From contig JBHGNT010000014.1 of the NCBI GenBank assembly GCA_043228905.1, positions 6,262,001-6,326,000 on the forward strand: a stretch of 64,000 nucleotides of DNA, read 5' to 3'. How positions within the stretch are numbered: position 1 is the first letter of the stretch; the number at the start of each line of letters is the position of its first letter. Under the pieces are notes generated by a model. The model did no database searches. It saw nothing but the letters and a program-made list of their open reading frames with translations, and was not told the origin of the DNA. The translations under genes were made by a program, and so were the position numbers. This stretch comes from Azolla caroliniana (lineage: Eukaryota; Plantae; Polypodiophyta). Below are positions 48,101 to 61,310 of this stretch, piece after piece.

Positions 48101-49621
48101 GTGTTGACTTTCCGGGCCCGAGCCACTATCAGGCTCCCTTTGCTGAATTTCATGACACCGTTCCGGATGCTACCCGTGTAGCCTTCATCATCCAGCCGAC
48201 CGGCTGATATTAGGTTCAGATGAACCTCTAGAACATGTCGGACATCCTTCAGCAGTAACTTGTATCCGGTCGATGTCGTCAACAGCACATCTCCTACGCT
48301 GATAATTCGGCATGTCCCTTCATTCCCCATCCGAACACAGTCGTGCTCACCGGCTATGTAGGATGAGAAGCATTTCTGGTCCGGGGTCAAGTGGAACGAC
48401 GCTCCGGAATCGACAACCCACGTTGTCTCGTCGCTGGCAAGGTTCAACTCACTCTCCTCGGTGATGAGCATCAACTCTTCTTCACTTGCCACGATTGCCG
48501 TTGTTCCCTTCCGGTCCCGCCCCCTCCGGTCTTTACCACTCCGGTCCGGTGACCGCTTCAAATCGGTATTGTCGGTTTCCGTCTCTTTCCGGAAATGCCA
48601 ACAATTCTTCTAGAAGTGTCCCGGCTTGCCGCAATAGAAGCAAGTAGGCCTCCCCCTTGACTTTGACCATCCATGACTTTTCCCGGTTCTGGGGACCACA
48701 GTTCCTTTGTCGTCCGCGTTCTGATTCGGTAAGGAGCGCTTTGGAGTCAGAGCTCGACACGTCTCCTCAACTAGCAAGCTCGACTTGACTCTTGCTAGGG
48801 ATAATTGTTTTCCTTCCGGCCTGGCGTTGCCCAAAGTGATAACTAACGTCTCCCAGCTATCCGGGAGGGAACCGAGCAGGAGTAGACCAAGCACCTCATC
48901 GGCGAGAGGTACTTCCAACGAGGTTTCCTGGTGAATCAGCCCCTAGAAAGCATTCATGTGCTCCGCCATACTGGAGTCATCTTGGTACCGGAGCCTCACT
49001 AGCTTCCGAAATACCGAAACCCGATTAACAACATTTTTGTCCTGAAACATAATGTCGATCTTCTCCCCAGAGCTCATGAGCCTTACTCTCCTCATTAAAG
49101 TTGTTGTACAAGCTCATGTCGATGAAACACCGTATGTACGTTGTTGTCTTCATGTGCATCACCTCCCATATCGTGGCATCGATCTTGTCCGGTCTCTTGT
49201 CCCCAAACTGAACCGGCAACCAAAGATCTTTAACCACAAGCATGTCCCTCATCTTCGACTTCCACACTGAGTAGTTGGAGCCGGTGAGCTTGAACATGCC
49301 TCGCAACGAATCTTCCATTTTTCTGTGTCGTTCGCTCTGATATTAGTTTGAAGAGAATATGCAGAATAATCCACGGCCACAACTGAGACTTAGATCACTT
49401 GATGATAATCAAACACAGAAGAAATGAGAAATGGAAGTAAGTACACAAACAGAAGAGAATGCACAGGATGTTAACGTGGAAAACCCATAACAGGAAAAAC
49501 CACAGGAGCCCACAGACTTCGAACTATCACTATGTGAGGAGAATACAACAAGGGAACGCAGAGGCAACGACCTCCGAACTATCACAATCTTCGCCTAGCG
49601 GCAGTTACAACAGAGACTCAC

Positions 49622-49668
<47 letters not shown>

Positions 49669-49961
49669 TACGCTCTGTACAACAGTTACACCAATAACTC
49701 TATACAAAAATTGACAACACACAGAATGTCCAACATCTATACACTCTGCTTGCCCTAGGTCATATTTATACTAGTATGACTTTCAAGCTATTTACAAATA
49801 TAGCCACAATGGGCTAACAGAAACATATTTACATATATGTCCCTTCATCCGGTGAGAGGTTCTCACCGGGTCTTCCTTGTCCGGTACTAGTCATCCGGTT
49901 CTCACCGGGTCTTCCATTGCCAGGTACTCATATCCCATCCGGAGGGACCGAAATCCTAACA
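45113..49961 (-). mobile_element. Ty1/copia family A element A2 inserted in the integrase of I; 3' LTR truncated
   Basis: 5' LTR 49349-49961, degenerate iMet PBS 49334-49345, decayed gag-PR-IN-RT-RH 49318-45288, PPT at 45279, 3' LTR remnant 45113-45278. Confidence 0.92.
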
Positions 49962-52900
49962 AATTTGTAGGTAACTTTGGTGTTTCAAATACACACCAGC
50001 AAGGGTGACAACCCATATAAGCATAAAATGGCGTAACTTTAGTCGATGCGTGGACAGAGTTATTATAAGCAAATTCGGCGAAGTGGAGAATATCCACCCA
50101 GTCATCCTAATGATAGCTTAGAAAGCACTGAAGATACTGCTCAAGCGTTTGATTTGTTCATTCTGCTTGGCCGTCTGTTTGTGGGTGGTAGCCGGAGGAG
50201 AGGTTACAAGTGACCTTGAGCATTTTAAAAAGGTGCTTCCAAAAATTCGAGACGAACTGGGGTCCACGGTTGCTGATGATACTATCGGGAAGGCCATGAT
50301 GCCGACATACTTTACACAGGACAATTTCGGCGGTTTCTTCACTGGAGATTATTTTAGTACATGGCAAGAAATGAGCCATCTTCGTATATCAATCTACTAG
50401 TGTTAGAATCACATTAAATCCCTTCGAGACTGGAAGATCTGTAATGAAATCTAGAGCAATGGATTGCCATGGCTTGCTTGGAATTGGTAATGGTTCTAAT
50501 AAATCATATGGATGATGCCTTGGCATTTTCGCTCTGCAACATGTATCACAAGTCTGAACAAAATCTTCGACAAATTGCCACATATTGGGCCACCAGAATG
50601 ATCATTGTACTAAGTCAAATGTCTTAGTACTACCAAAACACCCAGCTGTATATGTGTCATGACAGTTTTGGACTACTCAAAGGCGGCAAGAACCATTAGG
50701 AACATACAAGAGTTTTTTAAAGAATAGTAATCCATCATGGTATTTGAGTTGTCGATAGTTTGTACCTGGTTGTTGCGACTGTGAACAAGATGCTCGAGAG
50801 GGATCAATTTGTGCTAGAATGGCTTGGGCGAAAGCATATGTCTTCAAGTCCTCACGTATGGTATCGATAACGTGGGAATCCACGGGCAGGCCAAAAACCT
50901 GTGTTGCTTGCAGTCGTGCTGGTCCCAAGATTACTTGTTTTTTATTATCGAAAGTTGGCTCGTTAGGACGCGGTGCTAGATACGAACGCCATGTTAACAC
51001 ATCTGCCTTCCCTTGGTGCTTCCCCGGACTATATGTAATTTTGAAGTCGAAACGCGTGAGGAATTGGGCCCACCGAGCTTAACGTCGATTTAACACACGA
51101 GCATCTTGAAAGTAGGCAAGGTTCTTGTGGTCACTGAATACGGTGACTTGATGAGAGGATCCCTCTAGAAAATGCCTCCATTGTGTAAAAGAGTCCACTA
51201 TTGCTAATAACTCCTTATCATGAATTTCATAGTTGATTTCGGCGGCGTCAAACTTGCATGAGTGGAAAGCCACAGGATGTAGCTTTTTATCATTACCTTG
51301 TTGTGACAGAATGCTACCCAATGCGAAATCCGATGCGTCAGCTTCAATGATGAATGGCTTTTCTTGATCAACGTGAGCAAGAATAGGAGCCGATGTAAAT
51401 GCCTTCTTAAGATTCTCAAAAGCCATGTCCGCTTCTTCAGACCAAATGAATGATTGTCCCTTCTTAGTAAGTTGCGTAAGAGGCAAAACAAGCTTTGAGT
51501 AATCCTTTATAAACTTGCGGTAGAAATTGGCAAAGCCTAAAAAGCATTGCACATCTCGCAACGAGCACGGAGTTTGCCACTCTACCACCATTTTGACCTT
51601 AGTTAGATCCATGCTCCATCAATGCTCCATCAATGCTTGATCATCCCAAGGGATATCGGCGGCGAGTAGGCGGAAATCTGCAGCGTATGTGGAGGCTGGA
51701 CGATCACCTTGGCGTAATCGCCGGATTTTGTTGATTGCAGTTCTTATGTTGTTGGTATCTCCAAAACAGGCTTTAAACTCACTTATAAATTCTTCAAATT
51801 TGTTTAGTAATGGAGATTCCTTTTCTAACAACGGAGTGAACCATGCCAATGTTGAGCCACTAAGTAAGGTGCCTACTAGTCCCACTCGTGATGCATCGGT
51901 GGGATATCGAGAAGGATGCATTTGAATCACTAAACGTACCTGGTTCAAAAAACCTCTAAACTGTGATCAGGTCCCATCAAATTTTGCAGGAAGACCGATC
52001 TTGGGTTCTTTGTGAATCCCTTGAGTGCTTGATCCTTGTTGTTGTAATGATACAATAGTCGCTTCAAGTTGTTATACACGTAATGTCAGCTCCCCGAGTT
52101 GTTGTTCTTGTTTTTCCAACGCTATTTGTTGAAGATCCCCCAACAAACGGTGATTTTCTTGTTCTAGTGCTACAAATTTCTCCTTTAAGCACTGGAGCTT
52201 CGAGAAAACAGATTGATATTCCTGAGCACTAACAGTTTCCATTTTACTAGGGAGAATAAGAGGATTAGTATGAAGGGAAGAAAGGGGTAAGAAGATGAGG
52301 GAAACCGAAAAGAAGACCGGAAAAAAGAAGATATGTAAGAAGATAAAAGGAAGAGGAGGAGGGGAGGAAAGGAGGAGACGGAAGGAGGACGGAAAATTGG
52401 TTCAAACTGTCAGGATCAGTACTAAGACAAAGAAGGAATTAGTACTAAAAGATCAAGATTAGTACTAAGAGAGGTGTAGAACTCTCGAGAGAAGGAAATA
52501 GTGAGCGAGAGAGAGAGAAGGGTGAGAGAATGATGATAAAAGATATATATTATATGAAGAGAGTATACAATAGTAGCTAGGAGGCTTAAGACTGGCGTTG
52601 AACCGATTTGGTTCGAAATAATGCCTTGTGCCTCCTTTTATAGTATTCTCAGGAATACTCTTGAAATTTCTAGAATGTTCTAGAGAAATCTGGAATATAC
52701 ATCAATTTTCCATAACAAAACTTAAATGAAAATAATATCCTATGTACTACAATAGATGGTATAATGGTCAAGAGCTCGACCTATGTAACCTAAGGTCATG
52801 GGTTCGAGCCTTGCCATATCATGACACCTAGTAGCGTGCCGTTGGTTACCCCGAATACACATTTCGCCGGATTCAGACTTAGTCAGTAACCTCTGCATTT

Positions 52901-52992
52901 TTCCAGGCATAACCGGAGATGGTCAAGATGTTCTCCTTTCCTGCTATACACCGCAAAGTCATCTAAGAACACCTGCATAAACAATGGGATAA

Positions 52993-55900
52993 TGATAGGA
53001 ACTACACGCTCCCTATGCGCAACGCTCGGCCACAACCGAGCTTAGAATCATACACAAAAAACCGGGAATGAATGCACGACACAGTGAAGAGAACAGTACA
53101 CAGGATGTTTACGTGGAAAACCCAAATATGGGAAAAACCACGGCAGCCCACAGACTGCAAACTATCACTATGTCAAAATGTACAAAATGGTAAAGCACCG
53201 AACCAACGACCTCGAGCTTTCTATCTTCGCCACAGGTGGCGGTTACAACAGAGGCAACGACCTCTTCCTCTCTCTCACTCTCTCTGTACACAGTTGCGCA
53301 CACAAATCTTGTGCCAACAAGAATAACAACAACATCACAGATATCAACAACAGTTTTCCCTAAAGTCATATTTATACTAAAATGACTTTTCGGCTATTTA
53401 CAAATATAGCCCCGATGGACTCTCAAAAACATATTGGTGAGCACTCTTCACCGAGCCTGCATCATCTGGCACTTGCCGGGTACTCGTCATCCGGTTCTCA
53501 CCGGGTCATCCGTAGCCGGGTACTCCTCATCTGGTTCTCACCGGGTCTTCATCATCCAGAGGGAATTGTTTCCTAACAAACTCCCCCTTCACTCCAGCAT
53601 GGGGTGTCTTACCAGTCCGACCCGCTTCCGGCATGCATCCAGCTTGTCAGGTGTCAGTACTTTGGTCAGCATATCTGACTCGTTCTCGGCCGTGCGGATC
53701 TTCGTCAGCGCGAACTCCTGGTCATCTACTCTTTCCCGGATCCAGTGATACCTTCGCTGGATATGCTTTGTCCGGGAATGGTAGGCCGCATTCTTAGCAA
53801 GGTGGATGGCACATTGACTGTCGCAGTAGAGCCGGTATTCATCTTGCCAGATACCGAGCTCTCCGATGAAGTCCTTCATCCATAATATTTCCTTGCCAGC
53901 TTCCACAGCCGCCATGTACTCTGCTTCCGTGGTTGACAGCGCAACCGTCTTCTGCAACCGTCTTCTGCCACGAAACAGCTCCCCCTGCATATGTCATTAC
54001 ATACCCGGATGTAGACCGGTTGGTATCCACATCAGCCGACATGTCCGAATTGGTAAAACCGTCAAGTTGAGGTTTACCGGAGCCGAATCGGAGACACATG
54101 TTCGAAGTGCCCTTCAAGTATCGGAGTATCCATTTGACCGCGTTCCAGTGCTCCTTGTCGGGATTGCTCATAAACCGGCTCACCACTCCGACTGCGTATC
54201 CTATATCCGGTCGGGTACAAACCATTGCTTACATTAAGCTCCCGACGGCAAAGGCATATGGAACCTTCATCATATCCTCCTTCTCTGCTTTCTTCTTCGG
54301 GCTTTGCTTACCGGATAACCTGCAGTTTGCCGGAAGTGTCGATCCGACCGGTTTCGCATCTGACATGTTGAACTGCTGAAGCACCTTTGTCACGTACTTC
54401 TCCTGTGACAGCCAGAGTTGCTTCGTTGGCCGGTTCCGGATGATATGCATCTCCAGCATCTCTCTTGCCGGACCCAAGTCTTTCATTGAGAAGGTCCGGT
54501 TGAGAGCCTTCTTCAACGTTTGTATCTTAGCATGGTCCCGTCCGACGATCACCATGTCGTCCACATACAGAAGGAGTATCAGGAAGTCGCTTCCTTCGAA
54601 CTTCTTCGCAAACACGCAGTGATCGGCCTGCGTCTTGTGGTACCCTTGATCGGTCATGAAGGAGTCGAACTTCCGGTACCATTGCCGGGGGGCCTGCTTC
54701 AACCCGTAGAGGCTCTTCTTCAACCGGCAAACCAGGTGCTCCTTCCCTTTCTTTACAAATCCCTCCGGTTGTTGCATGTAGATCTCCTCTTCGAGGTCGT
54801 CGTGGAGGAATGTCATCTTCACGTCTAACTGCTCTACCTCGAGGTCCATGCTTGCCGCTATGCTCAGCACCGTCTGGATGGAAGTCATCTTTACTACCGG
54901 GGCAAATATCTCGTCGAAGTCCACGCCCTTCTTCTGTTGGAATCCCTTCACCACGATTCTGGCTTTGTATCTCGGGGGGTTGCCGGCATCTCCCAGTTTC
55001 AACTTGTACACCCACTTATTTCGGAGTGCCCGCTTTCCTTTCGGCAACTCCACCAATTCGTACGTATGGTTCTCATGCAGGGAATCCATCTCATCCTGCA
55101 TGGCACTTAACCATTTTCGGATGTGGGTGTCATCCTTCGCTTCTTCCAAGCTTTCTGGCTCCCCCTCATCGGTTAGCAGCACATGCTCTGCATCCGGAAA
55201 TCTCCGGGGGGGCCTTCTCTCTCTGAGAGGATATCTCCGTCTCTGGGCTTCGGTAACCGGCTCCTCCATTTGCTCTTCATCCGAATCTGATTCGGGGTCT
55301 TGGTCGGTTCCGGTTTTACCTTCCTCTACTTCTTCTTCTGTCGGTTCGGTATCCTCACCGTAACCGGCTGGTTCCTCGAGTGCTAACTGGTCTCTTGCCG
55401 GTTGGGTCTGCTCATCGTGGAATCGATCCTTACCTGTCGACTCGGAGTTCATTATCTTCTTCGACTCGGTGTCTTGTCCTCCATGAAGATAATATCTCGA
55501 CTCCAGAATACCTTCTTGTCGACCAGGTCCCACACTCGGTAGCCGAACTCATCGTCGCCGTAACCGAGGAATATGCATGGCCGGGTCTTTGGATCCAAGT
55601 TTCCTCTCCGGTCCTTAGCTACATGCACGTACGCGAGACACCCGAATACCTTCAAATGCCGGTAGGATACTTCCTTACTGGTCCATACTCTCTATGGCGT
55701 GTCTCCGTCCAAGGGTACTGAGGGTGATCTATTTATTACATATGTCGACGTCGACAGTGCCTCAGCCCAAAACTTCTTGGGCAGTTTTGCATGCGCCAGC
55801 ATACTCCGGACCCTCTCCATTATGGTCCGGTTCATCCTCTCGGCCAGCCCATTTAGTTCCGGCGTCTTCGGCACGGTAAATTCGAGCCGGATTCCCTTCG

Positions 55901-58272
55901 AGCGACAGTACTCCTCGAACTGCCCCTGGTATTCACCTCCGTTATCTGCTCGAACCGCCTTCAGCATCCGGCCGGTTTCTCTTTCCACTCTCGCGTGGAG
56001 CTCTTTGAAGACGGATAACACCTGATCCTTCGTCTTCAAGTGTGGCCCACAGCTTCCGGTTGTGGTCATCTATGAACGTCACGAAGTACTGCGATCCTGC
56101 ATGTGACTTCGTGTCTACTTGACACACATCAGTATGCACCAACTCCAGTGGTGCATTACGTCTCATCGGTGGCCTTGGTCGGAAGGAGGTCTGGTTTTGC
56201 TTTCCGGCCAGACAATCAGTGCACTTCTCCAAGTGCACGTTCTTCACTGGAATGCGGTTGTCGTCTGCAAGCCTCTTCATCCCCTTCTCGCTCATGTGAC
56301 ACAGCCTCTTGTGCCTCAGCTCACCGGCAGTGTCGGATGCCACGTTCACTTCCTTCGGACATAACCGGGCATTCATCAGGTACAACGTGTTTACCTTCCG
56401 GGCCCGAGCCACAATCAGGCTCCCTTTGCTGAACTTCATAACACCGTTCCGAATGCTACCCGTGTAGCCTTCATCATCTAGCCGGCCGGCTGATATCAGG
56501 TTCAAATGAACCTCTGGAACGTGTCGGACATCCTTCAGCATCATCTTGCATCTGGTTGGTGTTGTCAGCCACACGTCTCCTATGCCGACAATTCGGCATG
56601 TACCTTCATTCCCCTTCCGGACACAGCCGTGATCACCAGCTAAGTAGGATGAGAAGCATTTCCGGTCTGGGGTAAGGTGGAACGACGCTCCGGAGTCGAC
56701 CACCCAGGTCATTTCTTCGCCAGCAAGGTTTAGCTCACTCTCCTCGGTGATGAGCATAAACTCTTCTTCACTTGTCGTGATTGTCGTCGTTCCCTTCCGG
56801 TCTGTTCCCCTCCGGTCTTTACCGTTTCGGTCCGGTGTCCGCTTTGAATCAGTACCGTCGGTTTCCTTGTCTTTACGGAAATGCCGACAGTTCTTCTGGA
56901 AGTGTCCCGGCTTGCCGCAATAGAAGCAAGTAGGCCTCCCCCTTGACTTTGACCGTGTCCCCGACTTCTCCCGGTTCTAGGGACTACGGTTCCTTTGTCT
57001 TCCGCGTTCCGATTCGGTAAGGAGCGCTTTGGAGTCGGAGCTCGTATCCTTATCTTTCCGACGCACCTCCTCATCTATCAAGCTCGACTTTACTCTTGCT
57101 AGGGATAACCGTTTCCCTTCCATCCCGGCGCTGCCCAAGGTGACAACCAACGTCTCCCAGCTATCCGGGAGGGAACCGAGCAGGAGTAGCGCTAGTACCT
57201 CATCGGCGAGAGGTACTTCCAATGATGTTGCTTGGTGGATCAGCCCCTGGAAAGCATTCATGTGCTCCGCCATGCTGGAGCCATCTTGGTACCGGAGTCT
57301 TACTACCTTCCGGATTACCGAAACCTGATTAACAACATTTTTGTTTTGAAACATAATGTCGATCTTCTCCCAGAGCTCATGAGCCTTGCTCTCTTCATTG
57401 AAGTTGTTGTATAGGCTCATGTCAATGAAGCGCCATATGTACGTCGTTGTCTTCATGTGCATCACCTCCCATATCGTGGCGTCGATTTTGTCTAGTCTCT
57501 TGTCCCCAAACTAAACCGGCAACCAAAGATCTTTAACCACGAGCATGTCCCTCATCTTCGACATCCACACCGAATAGTTGGAGCCGGTGAGCTTGAACAT
57601 GCCTCCCAACGAATCGTCCATTTTCTGTGTCGTTTTGCTCTGATACCACTTTGACAGGAACTACACGCTCCCTATGCGCAACGCTCGGCCACAACCGAGC
57701 TTAGAATCATACACAAAAAACCGGGAATGAATGCACGACACAGTGAAGAGAACAGTACATAGGATGTTTACGTGGAAAACCCAAATATGGGAAAAACCAC
57801 GGCAGCCCACAGACTGCAAACTATCACTATGTCAAAATGTACAAAATGGTAAAGCACCGAACCAACGACCTCGAGCTTTCTATCTTCGCCACAGGCGGCG
57901 GTTACAACAAAGGCAACGACCTCTTCCTCTCTCTGTACACAGTTGCACGCACAAATCTTGCGCCAACAAGAATAACAACAACATCACAGATATCAACAAC
58001 AGTTTGCCCTAAGTCATATTTATACTAAAATGACTTTTTGGCTATTTACAAATATAGCCCCGATGGACTCTCAAAAACATATTTACGAATATGTCCCTTC
58101 ATCCGATGAGCACTCTTCACCGGGCCTGCATCATCCGGCGCTTGCTAGGTACTCGTCATCCGGTTCTCACCGGGTCTTCATCATCCAGTTCTCATCGGGT
58201 CATCCATAGCCGGGTACTCCTCATCCGGTTCTCACCGGGTCTTCATCATCTGGGGGGACCTGTTTCCTAACA
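52993..58272 (-). mobile_element. Full-length Ty1/copia family A element A3 inserted in the RT of D
   Basis: LTRs 52993-53578 and 57652-58272, perfect TSD GATAA, PBS 57637-57648, PPT 53579-53594. Confidence 0.95.
53589..57621 (-). pseudogene. pol: Frameshifted gag-pol of A3
   Basis: gag (LLLGSLPDSWE, CFYCGKPGH), PR WVVDSGAS, IN ([19 protein letters not shown]), RT (YVDDM), RH (STTEAEY). Confidence 0.92.
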
Positions 58273-61184
58273 GATAAACTCCCCAAAAATTTCCATGATG
58301 ATTCATTGGAACGTTGTCGGTGCTGACTTTAGTTCGAACATCATCACGCCGCTACGAAGACTCCCCTCCCCATTCGGTTACGAACGTTGTTTTCTCCTGG
58401 TCGTCCAGGTGCATCCTGATTTGGTTATACCTGCTGAATCCGTCAAGGAAACTATACACCTCGTGACCCGCCACCACATCCAAGACTCCATTTGTGAATG
58501 GAAGCGGAAATGCATCGGTGGCAGTGGCAACGTTTAATTTACTAGCCGGATTTTCTCATTTTTCTTAGGTACTACCACAATCGGGCTTAACCAGGTGGCC
58601 TTCTTCACCGACCGATGAAACCGATCCGCAGCAACTTATCGATCTCCTCCTTCACTTTAGCCGCATAATTCGAATGCATCCGGTAACGTCTTTGTGCTAC
58701 CGGTTTCGCATCCTTGCTCAAATGGATCTGGTGTTGATACAATTGTGGGTCCGGTTCCCGCATGTCCCCATATGACCACACAAATACATCCCTGAATTCT
58801 TTCAATAATGTTACCATTGCCAATTTCTCCTCCGGTGGCATTTCTTTGGCCACATGTACCGGTCTTGTTTCTTCCCTAGTTCCTAAATTCACTTTTGCCA
58901 ACTATGATGCTTTCACCCGTTGTGATACCGCCATCTCCCCATCTAGGGCTTCTTGTGCTTGGCGGAATTCCCGAATTGCGTCCCAATCCGGCTCCTCACT
59001 GGCATCATCCGGGTGCACGATATATGGGGAGACCGCTTCGGCAATGTCTACTTCAAACTGAGGGACTATCTTTGGGTTCTCCTTGAGGTATCGATCTACT
59101 TCTTCATCGGCAAGCCCTTCCAACATGTTCACGCTTTCCGCATACAACGGTGTTACTTTCTTGCTTGGGCCTACACGAGGTTGTGTTGGTACTCTTACCT
59201 TAGTTTTCCCTCTTCAGAACGTAATATTGTTCTTCTGCCTGTTTTGTTTAATATGAGCAGTCCGTAACCATGGTCGTCCCAGAACAGAGGATATGCTCCG
59301 AGTGCGCTCAACTGGAGGACCACCGCAGAAATCCTCATGGACTCCGATTGTCACTTCCAAGTCCCGGATCAATCCGACCGGTCATACCGAACTGGTGTTC
59401 GCCATCTGGAGCCAGAACGGGCATGGTTCCCATTCCTGGATTCCTAGAGTGTCGCATGTTCATAGGCTTATTACATTTAATCTTGATCCACCATCAACAA
59501 TTGTCCCCGGTACTTCTCGTCCTTTGATGATGGCGGTGATTGTTGGACTGCTAGTGTCTACCACTGCCAATCCCTCTTCCAGATTTGAGAAGAACGTTGG
59601 AGCCGGTGCGGGGCTTGGTGGGGCCAATGCTGATTTTAAACCGTCGGTGAATCGGGACACTAATTGCAGCAACCGACCCAATGGTAGCATGATCTGGCAT
59701 TCCCGTAGTGCCTACCACGTGGGGTTCTCCTGCTGCATCGCTTTGTGGGTTCCTCCAATGTTTTCCTTTGCTCATGTAGTTCGATGACATTCTGTTCGTT
59801 CGCTTTTTCGATCCATTCTATGACTTGTTTTTGGATAGCTTCTTGAGCCTCCCATTCGGCCATCTTCCCTTTCGACCTAGTGGTGCCTTGCTGGATGTTG
59901 GCCACCTCTGTGACCACCATGTTGACTGTCGGCCGTTTTTCGTTAGTCTTCACTGGACGCTGATTGTTGTAGTGCTCGTCCTACTGGCAATAGTAGCAAT
60001 ACACCTTCCGTGCATTGCTAGACTCTGCTTTTGGCACGTTACCCGACTGAAAACCGATTACTGCCCAATTGGGCTCCTCTATTCTTCATCGTTCCGATTG
60101 AGCGCTAGTTATGCTTTTATCTGGCTCTCGTTGGTAATCCTTCTCCGATTCCCAACACTCCTCTTTCCGAGCATTCCGTTTTTTATTATAGCGTCGGTTG
60201 TTCTGATATCCTTGCTGACGTTGATCATCATAGTCTCCCCGTTGATCCTCTCTCCTCCGATTGTAGTCGGGGGAGTAATCTCGATCATAACGATCGACGT
60301 TATAGTCCCAACTTCGATCATTCCGGTCTCGGTCATAATCGTCCCGTCTATCGTTGTATCGGACGTCTTGTATCAGTCTGTTGCGATCATCTCGCCGAAA
60401 TCGTTCTTCTTCGTATTCTCGGTCGTTCCAGGTTTCGATGTGCCGGATTGGTTCAGCTTGCCGATTTAGCAGGTTGTATTCACAACAATCCATTGTGTGT
60501 GACCAGGAATGGCATAGCATGCACTTCGACCTCATCGTGCACTCTATTGTTGAGTGCCCGGGATTAAGGCACGTCGTGCATTATATTGCCTGGTGAAACT
60601 GTAGGTTCTCTTCAGTAGGGAGTGTTCTTTGGAGTTCTCCCATCTTCAACCACGAACTATTTTTGTCCATGTCCATGACCTGGTCAATGACCTGGTCTAT
60701 TGTGTTGGTCCGAAAATCTATGACCGCACACATGGTTCAGAGGGGTTCCCGGAGCGTTGCCAAAAATACCGCTTTCGCTTCTTCTTCCAGCGGTGCTCTA
60801 GTGAGTTGACTATGCATCATCTGGAACTGGATAACAAACTGTTGAATGGTTTCTGACGGGTCATGTTGTGTCGTATGGAATTGCCCGACAATTTCTTTTT
60901 GATCCACCTGTCTGTGGAAGAATTGTAGAAATCTTGTCTTTAACTCTTCAAACGTGGCGATACTGCCGGGGAGGTGCTTAGAGTGTCATCGTGCCGCTAG
61001 TCCCTCCAAAGTCATGTCGAATTCCGCTATTTTTTATCATTCGGTCTCTACTTCGGTCAGTCATTGGGAGACATGGTTCGCCTCCCATGTTTGGAGAAAC
61101 GCATATACGTGGGCTTCTACGTCTAGGTCATCCCGATACTTCGGATATTGGTAAGGCATTGTGTCGTCGTCTTCTTGTGTTGCC

Positions 61185-61310
61185 GGGGGCGGTGTCGGAA
61201 CTTGCTCCTCCTATTCCTTCGGTGACTCGGGTGGTGGTGTTGGAACTCACTCCTCCTGTTCCTTTGGTGACTCGGGTGGTGGTGTCAGAACTCGCTCCTC
61301 CTCTTGGTGG
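61185..61310. repeat. 45-bp tandem repeat (~2.7 copies) in the N-terminal part of D gag
   Basis: GGTGT[C/T][G/A]GAACT..CTCCTCCT at 61191, 61236 and 61281. Confidence 0.8.

Larger units (their letters stand above)
44064..52826 (-). mobile_element. Chromovirus (Tcn1-like Ty3/gypsy) element I, PR and most of RT deleted; hosts copia A2
   Basis: LTRs 44064-44486 and 52408-52826, perfect TSD CCTAG, PPT at 44487-44500, gag 52242-51619, RH (ADASD, YEIHDKELLAIV), IN (YHPQTDGQ), chromodomain EYEV..YLVDWLGY..TWE at ~44590-44710; no tRNA PBS. Confidence 0.93.

Noticed and set aside
52572-52620. Second A/B-box cassette in the chromovirus LTR (TAGCTAGGAGG..GGTTCGAAAT)
   Set aside because: Spacing is shorter than in tRNAs, and the GGTTC belongs to the inverted repeat around the self-priming site
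53589-57621. An intact, autonomous element
   Set aside because: Even the best-preserved copy (A3) has several frameshifts and stops
59825-60469. Hydrophobic 214-aa ORF resembling a membrane or env protein
   Set aside because: It is the antisense shadow of the Arg/Asp/Tyr-rich low-complexity Gag tail of D (60086-60535, minus strand)
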